Positions 57,326 through 64,000 of a stretch of 64,000 nt of DNA are shown piece after piece (within the stretch, counting starts at the first letter, position 1; each line of letters begins with the position of its first letter). The translations under genes and the position numbers were made by a program. Source of the stretch: a virus; the IMG/VR virus record IMGVR_UViG_3300045988_164636, positions 62,875 through 126,874 of that record; one strand, 5' to 3'. Under the pieces are notes generated by a model. The model was given only the letters and a program-made list of their open reading frames with translations, was not told the origin of the DNA and made no database searches.

Positions 57326-58846
57326 TTATCCCAAGGCTTCTTTATTTGCTAATGTCTTGTCTGAAGTTTCTTTTCCTGCCTCTTCATTCGTAGGTCTGCC
57401 GCCTTCTTTATTTTTACCTGTTACAGATGTCATTGCTTCAACATTCATTGTAGATGACATCATAGGCGGAATAAATAACGTAACTAAATCAAGAATCTCA
57501 TTTTCAAAATAAGCACTAGCAAGTATCATACTCTGAGATTGTCCAAGAGCTATTTGAGGTAAGAGTTTTGAGAATCCTATCTGCATTTGTTCTTTATACA
57601 TCTTAGACATATCTTTATAATTATAAATTGTTGTTGATAATATTTGGACTTTATAGTATACTTTATTTGGATTCTTATATAAAGGTTTTATAATATCATT
57701 CAAAAATTCTTCAAACTGAATAATTAAATTATAAATTGAAGCCTCATCATTCAATATTGATTTCTCTAAAGCGATATTACCATCAGTATTAAATTGCTTT
57801 TGAGATACACCCGCTTCATTAAATACTTCTCTTTCAACAATAGATAAATCATCTGCGGAAGAATCTACCGAATTATCATTCATTGAAGCTACTTCTACAT
57901 CCGCAAAAGTAGTTAACACATCAATGCCTATTGCTCTTTTTAACATTGCAACTGCGTTATTATGAAGTTGTGCCGCTTCGTCTGGATCAAATATCATATC
58001 ACCATTTTTATCAAAAGGCATCTTCTGAATAATAATTTTAAGAAGTTTTTGTTTCATTTTTTGAAGATTTAATTCTTGAGTATCATTTAAATCTATAATT
58101 GCGGGAATGACCGACATAAAAACAGGATAATCACTATCATTAATATTGAATTTAAAAGCATAATTAATATCCAACATATACCAACCAGAAGTATCTCCAG
58201 TAAATTCAGGAACTAATTTACCTTGTTTATATAGTAAATATCCTTTTTTAAATTCTTGCGGGAATAAATCTAACATCCGCATTTTTTGTTTAGCATCTTT
58301 AAAAGCATCATCAAAATATCTCATATTAAATTCAACAACTGGTTTTAAATCAACCTTAAAACGGCTGCGGCAATATTTACTTGGTAGTTCTTGAATAGAT
58401 AACTGATTATTATTATAAATTTTATATCCATAATAACAACCATTCTTAATTACTTTCAGAGCCACTTCCCCGAAGAATCTTTTTGCATTAAATTCATCTA
58501 AAAACTTTAATATCTTATGAAAAGTATTTAGTAATTTATCTGTTTTTTGTGACTCATCGTTAATATAAGGAGTTACCATCCAATCATACCTATATAAATA
58601 AGCCATATACCGACATAAGCGATTATATATACCACTTGTTTTATAATAATAATCTGATATATTGATCATTTCTTCGTAATCCCCATCTTCAATTGCTTGA
58701 ATAACGACAATTTTTTTTGTATAAGGATTATTCTTATCTCTTGATAAAGTTAAAGTAGCATCTTCTAATGTTTTTACTCCAACTTTAATTTTAGAAAAAT
58801 CAACGGAAGGAGAATTTGATAATGTATTCATTCTTCTGTTTATCAC
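57326..58846 (-). CDS. portal protein
   Basis: 506 aa. Position between terL and the scaffold gene. Basic/polar C-terminal tail. Confidence 0.6.
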   Translation of the reverse strand: MINRRMNTLSNSPSVDFSKIKVGVKTLEDATLTLSRDKNNPYTKKIVVIQAIEDGDYEEMINISDYYYKTSGIYNRLCRYMAYLYRYDWMVTPYINDESQKTDKLLNTFHKILKFLDEFNAKRFFGEVALKVIKNGCYYGYKIYNNNQLSIQELPSKYCRSRFKVDLKPVVEFNMRYFDDAFKDAKQKMRMLDLFPQEFKKGYLLYKQGKLVPEFTGDTSGWYMLDINYAFKFNINDSDYPVFMSVIPAIIDLNDTQELNLQKMKQKLLKIIIQKMPFDKNGDMIFDPDEAAQLHNNAVAMLKRAIGIDVLTTFADVEVASMNDNSVDSSADDLSIVEREVFNEAGVSQKQFNTDGNIALEKSILNDEASIYNLIIQFEEFLNDIIKPLYKNPNKVYYKVQILSTTIYNYKDMSKMYKEQMQIGFSKLLPQIALGQSQSMILASAYFENEILDLVTLFIPPMMSSTMNVEAMTSVTGKNKEGGRPTNEEAGKETSDKTLANKEALG

Positions 58847-58870
58847 TTATCTTCTCTCCTCTCTTTATAA

Positions 58871-58899
58871 AGTATATCAAAATTTTTCGGTTTTGTCAA
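58871..58899 (-). promoter_or_regulatory. sigma70-type promoter (TTGACA-17-TATACT) with conserved aaaaattttgatata block
   Basis: On the minus strand: ttgaca (58899-58894), 17-nt spacer, tatact (58876-58871). Upstream of the portal gene. Confidence 0.65.
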
Positions 58900-58908
58900 A
58901 AGAAGGCG

Positions 58909-59265
58909 TCAATACCCTGCAGCACTCATAATCATATCATAATTTAATCTTCCTTCATCTGTATAAGGAATTTCCACAAGAGGAATATTATGTTTTTTAC
59001 AATATTCTCTTTTTAAAGCATCATTAAATTGCTGCTTTCGCAATCCCGGCAATCCGCCGAATTTAGACTTGGGAAGATAGTGTTGAACGCCTTGATATTC
59101 AATTAAAAAATCTATGTCACCTTCATCATCAAAAACACAAAAGTCAAATCTTAAAGGTATTCCTTTAGGACTTAACAAATCTGGAAAACTATATTCTTCT
59201 TGAAAATTAAGTCCTGCGGCAGTTAAAATATCAAATATTTTTATTTCTCCTCTGCTAGCTTTCAT
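58909..59265 (-). CDS. free-standing PD-(D/E)XK (DUF559/Vsr-like) endonuclease, putative homing endonuclease
   Basis: 118 aa. RFDFCVFDDEGDIDFLIEYQGVQH matches the D..(I/V)E(Y/F)xGxQH nuclease pattern. Inserted between terL and the portal gene. Confidence 0.6.
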   Translation of the reverse strand: MKASRGEIKIFDILTAAGLNFQEEYSFPDLLSPKGIPLRFDFCVFDDEGDIDFLIEYQGVQHYLPKSKFGGLPGLRKQQFNDALKREYCKKHNIPLVEIPYTDEGRLNYDMIMSAAGY

Positions 59266-59355
59266 GACTTATTCTCCTTTCATAATAATAGCATTCCCCT
59301 ATCTTTATATTATAAAAATAGGGGAACATATTTAAAACTTTTTTGTCCACAAATT

Positions 59356-60753
59356 TTAAGTAAAAAACATAAATGAAGACATATCACGGCCACGTCTCTT
59401 CCGCTTCCTATCTTCTTCTTGTTTAATATAATATAAACCATAAATAAAAGACGAAAATTTATCTTTTAAGATTTTTTTATTTGCTTGTTTAAGAATAATA
59501 TTTACGCCTTCATTTTCTTGCACTAAATTTAAAATTTGTTCTCTTAAAATTGAGGTAGCAACAAAAGGCTTAAGATATTCAGCTCTTTGTTCTACTGACA
59601 TATTTTGTCCTACTTTTGTTTCCATTAATTTAGTTTTTGCAAACCTATCATCTATTAAAAATTTTACTTTTCCACTACTGATTTGAGTCTGCATATAACC
59701 ATATGCTTCTGTATTAATTGGGGCATTTGCTTTAATAAGATACATAGCATTTTGCACAGTATCTGGAGTTTTATATTTTTTATATTCGCCCTTGTCATCG
59801 TTATCTACCCCAAAAGGCGGAAGGGTGTCTCCAGTATCTGGATCAATTTGAGATTTTATCATGAAGTCTACAAGTCCAACACCAAGACCATTCGCATCCA
59901 CAACCAGCCGCCTTGCCTTATATTTATAAAATAATTGTTTTAATTGAATTGCTTGTGTTTCAAAATCTTCAGATTCATAAGTATAAATATAAACTACGCT
60001 TTTTAATGAAGCTCCTTGCGGTTGTGGAGTAACTTTTATAATTGTTGCTTCTGTTGTACAGCCTAAACGTCCAACATCGACACCTATAACATAATAACCT
60101 TGTTTACTAATTCTTCCGCTTGCCGTTGCTTCAGAAGCAAGAAGAACTCTATGTTTATCAAATCTTTCCGCAGAAAAGAAAGCATTAAGGGCATCTCCGC
60201 CCCATTTTGAACGATATTCTCTATCAAAAGAACTTTCATCAAAAGTACCTTGCAATTTTAATTGTGTAACAAAATCATCCGCAATAAGACCTTCCGCAAC
60301 AGGTGTTTCATAAGTACCGCCCATAACAGATACAAGGTGCGGATCTATAATACTCTGAATTAGTAATTCAATGAGTTTATCGAATGCGAATGTGTTCTTA
60401 TACCCAGCTGTAGTGATATAGGTCTGGCTTTTGTTAATTATTTCTTCTTTATGGCGGGTTCCGTCGGGAAGCAATCTATCAACGTTTGTTGTAGGTATTA
60501 CTATTTCATTGAGAGCCTTTTGATCAATAAGTACACATTCCTCCATGAGTCCAGCTGTACGACGTTGTCCTCTAGAACTTTCTTTTGCAGGAAGAATATT
60601 TATTTTGCTACCATTCTTAAATTGATACTCAACAAAGTCTGTTGTCTTTCTTGACTTACCTCTTTCCCAGTCTATTTCATGATATAATGCAGGAATTAAT
60701 TTACAAATTTCTTCTACCTTTGCGATCGTAATTGAAGCGGCTTGTTCTTTCAG
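59356..60753 (-). CDS. terL: terminase large subunit, exon 2 of 2
   Basis: Walker B LMEECVLID and a RuvC/RNaseH-like nuclease half (VIGVDVGR..). The track ATG 60765 lies inside an intron hairpin. The 3' splice site is at cag| or cagcug| (60753 or 60750). Confidence 0.7.
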   Translation of the reverse strand: MKEQAASITIAKVEEICKLIPALYHEIDWERGKSRKTTDFVEYQFKNGSKINILPAKESSRGQRRTAGLMEECVLIDQKALNEIVIPTTNVDRLLPDGTRHKEEIINKSQTYITTAGYKNTFAFDKLIELLIQSIIDPHLVSVMGGTYETPVAEGLIADDFVTQLKLQGTFDESSFDREYRSKWGGDALNAFFSAERFDKHRVLLASEATASGRISKQGYYVIGVDVGRLGCTTEATIIKVTPQPQGASLKSVVYIYTYESEDFETQAIQLKQLFYKYKARRLVVDANGLGVGLVDFMIKSQIDPDTGDTLPPFGVDNDDKGEYKKYKTPDTVQNAMYLIKANAPINTEAYGYMQTQISSGKVKFLIDDRFAKTKLMETKVGQNMSVEQRAEYLKPFVATSILREQILNLVQENEGVNIILKQANKKILKDKFSSFIYGLYYIKQEEDRKRKRRGRDMSSFMFFT

Positions 60754-61056
60754 CTGTATTATCATAAAGGCTTTTTATCCTTTATTTCTTATATTTTATT
60801 TTATATAAGCTTAGCATATATTTTCACCCTCGTTATTACGTTAGGTTTGATTATTGGCGAGATAATCTCAAAGAATACTTTATATTCTTGTGCTGCGGTC
60901 TCGTGGTAGGATTATATCTTTTCACCTACTATGCGTTGCCCCTGACTTATCTTAGATAAGCCTTCGGTTCGGATTAGCATCTCAGCCTTCCCGCTTAATT
61001 CCGCAGTAATCATATATTTAATTTCTTAAATATACGGCAATATTAATTATAAATTT
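60754..61056 (-). mobile_element. group I intron F (about 303 nt), no ORF
   Basis: cggu| pairs with gccg 18 nt downstream. Contains ccuaacguaauaacgaggg and gaaaagauauaauccuac core-like strings. A 20-nt hairpin is identical to one in intron A. Confidence 0.7.
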
Positions 61057-61389
61057 ACCGCCAGTAGTGATGAACAACTCACATCCCGGGTACAAGATAG
61101 CTTTTAACATTAAAGCCATGATAGAAAGAAAAGATTTAGAGAAAGCACGCGGATATGTAGCATATATATACCTATATCGCATAACCTGCCGCAAGAAAAC
61201 TCTTTGATAAGTATAAAACTTAAAATTACAATCTTTACCTTTTATAAAATCAATAAATAAATCAGGATATTCTCTAAAAAAAGAAAATAATTTGCGGAGA
61301 TTATCTAGCTGTTCTCGTACTCTTTCTTCTGACATACCTTGTTTTTGTACAGAGTAGTTTGAGTCTCCTAATAGCGTGGCTAAGCTCAT
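61057..61389 (-). CDS. terL: terminase large subunit, exon 1 of 2
   Basis: ..YATYPRAFSKSFLSIMA (Walker-A-like) ..CELFITTGG|. The unspliced reading ends 12 codons later. The join gives ITTGG-(L)KEQAASI in frame. Confidence 0.7.
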
Positions 61390-62618
61390 TTTGCTTCATC
61401 CTCTCTATCTTCATGTTCATCAAGAGTAACTTCTCCCGCAGAAATTTTATTAGATTCTTCTTTAAGTTTATCCATAGCGTCTCTATGTTTAAGAATATCT
61501 TCATCTGTAAGAGCATCAACTGATTTGCCGCAAATCTTAGCAAGAGCCTTATCTCTCATTTCTTGTTCCGCAATTTCTCTACGTTTTAAGTAATCTTCAA
61601 TTTGTTGAGCAAGAGCAGTATCTTCATATACTAAATCATGTAAATATTGTTTATTATCTCTAATGATTGTATCTATTATATCAAGCGGAGCATCTATTTG
61701 GAATCTAGGGATCTGCCCGCCCCATTTTTCACAATAGGCAACTAAAACACCGGCGGAATCCGCAAATTCTTCTTTTTTCTCTTTATTCTGTGCCGCAGTA
61801 AATTTTGCGGTCTTACGCAAATCTGTTTGTATGCGGCTAAGTTTTTGATATTCTTCAATATTGCCTGTATCAATAGCTTGATTCATTTTTAAGTTGTTTT
61901 TACATATAAGAATTAATGTATTGCGGGTATCTTGATCTTGAATATCAAATGATTCTTCCATATCTTTATAATCTTTTTCAAGAGCAACCCAATCTGCGGG
62001 AGAATAATATCTACCCCATTTTAAGGCAAGTTGTAATTTGTCATCATCTGTAAGTTCCGCCGCAAAATCTGGGAAATTATCGACATCATAAAATTGCGGC
62101 AATCCGCTCACATCTGGAGCGGGAGGTTTATATTCCGCATTTTGTGTTGTAGTTGAAATCATTGTCTTATATTGAGCTTCTGAAATTTCATGATTAGCAA
62201 ATGCTTCTTTGGCATAGGCTTCCTGAGCCTCCGCTTCCGCCTTTTTTGAATTTGCTTTATCTAAAGCTTTTTGCTGAAGTTTTTCAGTATCCGCCCAACC
62301 GTAATCTTTCCACATTTTTAAACGCATTTTGGCTAAGTATTTACCAATTACTGACATACCATTCATCTTTTGAGGGTCTTTCGCAAAAGCTCGGTCTCTT
62401 AATACATTCCACTCTTCTGGAATATATGGTACATCTAATTCTTTTAATATCCAGAGATAACTTTCTGGATCAAAATTATCAATGTGCATAGTCAAACATT
62501 TTTTGCACATATCTGTTTTATGTCCATCTTTATATTGATAAAATTCGGTTTCCCGCATTTCTTTTTGACATTTAACGCAAACTTTTCTTCCCGCCGCAAC
62601 AGCCTGTTCATCAGCCAT
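61386..62618 (-). CDS. hypothetical protein with N-terminal zinc ribbon (terminase small subunit position)
   Basis: 410 aa. CVKCQKE..(16)..CKKC. ATGA overlap with the terL start. Function is inferred from position only. Confidence 0.35.
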   Translation of the reverse strand: MADEQAVAAGRKVCVKCQKEMRETEFYQYKDGHKTDMCKKCLTMHIDNFDPESYLWILKELDVPYIPEEWNVLRDRAFAKDPQKMNGMSVIGKYLAKMRLKMWKDYGWADTEKLQQKALDKANSKKAEAEAQEAYAKEAFANHEISEAQYKTMISTTTQNAEYKPPAPDVSGLPQFYDVDNFPDFAAELTDDDKLQLALKWGRYYSPADWVALEKDYKDMEESFDIQDQDTRNTLILICKNNLKMNQAIDTGNIEEYQKLSRIQTDLRKTAKFTAAQNKEKKEEFADSAGVLVAYCEKWGGQIPRFQIDAPLDIIDTIIRDNKQYLHDLVYEDTALAQQIEDYLKRREIAEQEMRDKALAKICGKSVDALTDEDILKHRDAMDKLKEESNKISAGEVTLDEHEDREDEAK

Positions 62619-63669
62619 TTTTCTTCACTCCTTTTTTATTTCTGCAACATTTGCATATACTATAATAACCATCTGGACTATTACTGTTCTTAGAAAAATT
62701 GCGATTATTTTTTAATTTGTTTTGTCCGCAACGTCCGCATTTCTTGTAAGAGCCTTTTTCTTTATAAGTATAGTACCATTCTATGTAGAGTTCTTTTGCT
62801 TTGTCCGCAATTATTTTGGGAATTTTCTTCCGCCACAATGCGGAAAGATATTCAGGAGTATAAGTAATATCAAATTCTTCTTTTATGAGGGTTTGAATTT
62901 GATTGTTTTGCAAACCATCTACTTTATATTCAGCAATGCGGAGGAGTAGCGGCGTAGAATCTAAGGCTGCCGCACATAAATTATCAAAGTCTAGCATGAG
63001 ATAATATGCATCGCCCCAAAAGTGTTCCGCAACTTCCGCCTTTAAAGCTGAATAATTACATAAAATTGCGGAAATGTGGGTGGGGTTAAATAAGTTTATT
63101 ATGCAATTGGATTGAGGTTCTCCATTTTCATCAAAAGTAATAGTTTCTTGTAAGTCGATTGAATTAATTGATTTGGTAAGTGCGGCGGTGCGTACTGGCG
63201 GCTTCTCCGCATTTTTGATTATATATTGGTCTTGATGCATTTCTATCAATTGCTTTTTTAATAGGTATTTGCGGCGACCGCTTGCTTTTGCATACTGAGC
63301 TTCAATTGTTGCAATATCTTCTTTTAAAAGACGGAGAGCGGGAATCTGGTCTATATCTGCGGGCGTAATAGAAATTTTTGGAGTTAAGAGAATATTTTTA
63401 TTTTCCGCCATAATCCCATAAATGCCATCTTCTCCATTCTCAAATTTAGAAATTAAACCTTCATAAGAAGTTTCTCTTTTATTGACTGTAACTAATCTAT
63501 TTTCAGTTAATATTTTTTTATTTTTTCTATCTTCTTTATCTTGTGCGAAGATAATGTAATCAGCTAATTTTTCTAAAAGAGTATTGGAAGGATTGGGAAT
63601 TTCTTTTAATAATTCTTCTACATATTTTACTCTTTGTTGTGGATCTTGTATAGTAAAATCTAATTTCAT
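62611..63669 (-). CDS. hypothetical protein with C-terminal zinc ribbon; first gene of the late operon
   Basis: ATG 63669 after RBS gaaaggag gives MKLDFTIQDP.. The C-terminus has CGRCGQ..(22)..CKCC. The track start 63720 overlaps the promoter. Confidence 0.5.
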   Translation of the reverse strand: MKLDFTIQDPQQRVKYVEELLKEIPNPSNTLLEKLADYIIFAQDKEDRKNKKILTENRLVTVNKRETSYEGLISKFENGEDGIYGIMAENKNILLTPKISITPADIDQIPALRLLKEDIATIEAQYAKASGRRKYLLKKQLIEMHQDQYIIKNAEKPPVRTAALTKSINSIDLQETITFDENGEPQSNCIINLFNPTHISAILCNYSALKAEVAEHFWGDAYYLMLDFDNLCAAALDSTPLLLRIAEYKVDGLQNNQIQTLIKEEFDITYTPEYLSALWRKKIPKIIADKAKELYIEWYYTYKEKGSYKKCGRCGQNKLKNNRNFSKNSNSPDGYYSICKCCRNKKGVKKNG

Positions 63670-63691
63670 ACTGATTCTCCTTTCTTTTGTA

Positions 63692-63720
63692 AGTATATCA
63701 AAATTTTTGGGTAATGTCAA
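63692..63720 (-). promoter_or_regulatory. sigma70-type promoter (TTGACA-17-TATACT) with conserved aaaaattttgatata block
   Basis: On the minus strand: ttgaca (63720-63715), 17-nt spacer, tatact (63697-63692). Confidence 0.65.
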
Positions 63721-63743
63721 ATAATAACAAAAATAATTTGGTT

Positions 63744-63852
63744 TTTAGATTTTGAAAAAATAATTTGGTCGAGGAATAGTTTTTGAACTTTAAAAAATAA
63801 TTTTTATATATCTTAGATTTTAGATTTTGAAAAAATAATTTGGTCGAGGAAT
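63744..63852. repeat. two perfect 34-bp direct repeats (63744-63777 and 63819-63852)
   Basis: tttagattttgaaaaaataatttggtcgaggaat occurs twice, 75 bp apart. The core aaaaataatttgg also occurs at 63729-63741, with a partial copy at 63793-63803. Confidence 0.85.
63783..63810 (+). promoter_or_regulatory. candidate rightward promoter between the two repeats
   Basis: ttgaac 63783-63788, 16-nt spacer, tatata 63805-63810. Divergent from the late promoter. Confidence 0.35.
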
Positions 63853-64000
63853 TTGGGTGGACAGGGAACATTTTCCAGCTCAATACCTTACATCCTATAA
63901 CATTAGCCCCACCTATATATATACAGTACAAGTTATATATAACTAACTTTAGCAAGTTAAAGTGCTAAAGTAAGCCCTATATATAATACCTATTTAAAAG

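Noticed and set aside
59294-59327. Hairpin downstream of terL considered as a terminator
   Set aside because: The 9-bp stem is real, but no T-run follows it on the minus strand. It is kept only as a noted hairpin.
61301-61543. 80-aa minus-strand ORF spanning the junction of gene 61386..62618 and terL exon 1
   Set aside because: It is an alternative frame across two better-supported genes that overlap by ATGA, and it has no independent RBS.
63698-63955. 85-aa minus-strand ORF with the duplicated peptide SSTKLFFQNLK
   Set aside because: The peptide repeat is only the translation of the 34-bp DNA direct repeat. The ORF overlaps the late promoter and has no RBS.
1-64000. Stop-codon reassignment (alternative genetic code)
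   Set aside because: Long genes (2923-, 1322- and 682-codon ORFs) are uninterrupted under the standard bacterial code. Only dam has an in-frame stop, and every other gene break is explained by an intron.
1-64000. CRISPR arrays, tRNA or rRNA genes, integrase/lysogeny module
   Set aside because: No regularly spaced repeat array exists beyond the single 34-bp pair. I could find no tRNA-like T-arm or acceptor pattern in the few noncoding stretches, and no recombinase-like ORF. This visual scan is not exhaustive, so tRNAscan-SE should confirm it.

Overview
AT-rich, gene-dense segment of a tailed dsDNA phage (siphovirus-like). The strong AAGGAG-type ribosome binding sites and the anaerobic nrdD/nrdG genes suggest an anaerobic, low-GC host. 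Coordinates 1-26.4 kb are a plus-strand replication and nucleotide-metabolism arm: ClpP-like protease, Sak4-like ATPase, DnaB, primase, macro domain, RecJ-like DHH nuclease, RecD/Dda-like helicase, two adenine methyltransferases, DnaE-type polymerase, guanylate-kinase-like kinase, NrdH-like redoxin, NrdD, NrdG, ferredoxin-thioredoxin-reductase-like protein, dUTPase and a RuvC-like resolvase. Coordinates 26.4-63.7 kb are a minus-strand virion arm: terminase, portal, scaffold, capsid, connector proteins, major tail protein, a 2923-aa tape measure, tail-tip proteins, and a terminal module of Cys/Gln-rich proteins of unknown function. The two arms converge on a bidirectional terminator near 26.44 kb. 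The most striking feature is six related group I-type introns, about 9 percent of the window by my coordinates. They split the Sak4-like ATPase, nrdD (twice), a conserved Cys-rich membrane-protein gene, the major tail protein and terL. They carry four different homing-endonuclease families (LAGLIDADG, GIY-YIG twice, TnsA-like PD-(D/E)XK, tandem HNH), and the terL intron has no ORF. Other points are a dam gene with one in-frame TAA, a membrane-anchored coiled-coil GIY-YIG protein, a ThyX-like protein lacking the catalytic signature, three late promoters sharing an identical 15-nt block, and a repeat-flanked regulatory region followed by a noncoding segment at the right edge. No tRNA, rRNA, CRISPR array, integrase or recognisable endolysin/holin was seen. 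All homology statements rest on motif recognition by eye, not on database searches.
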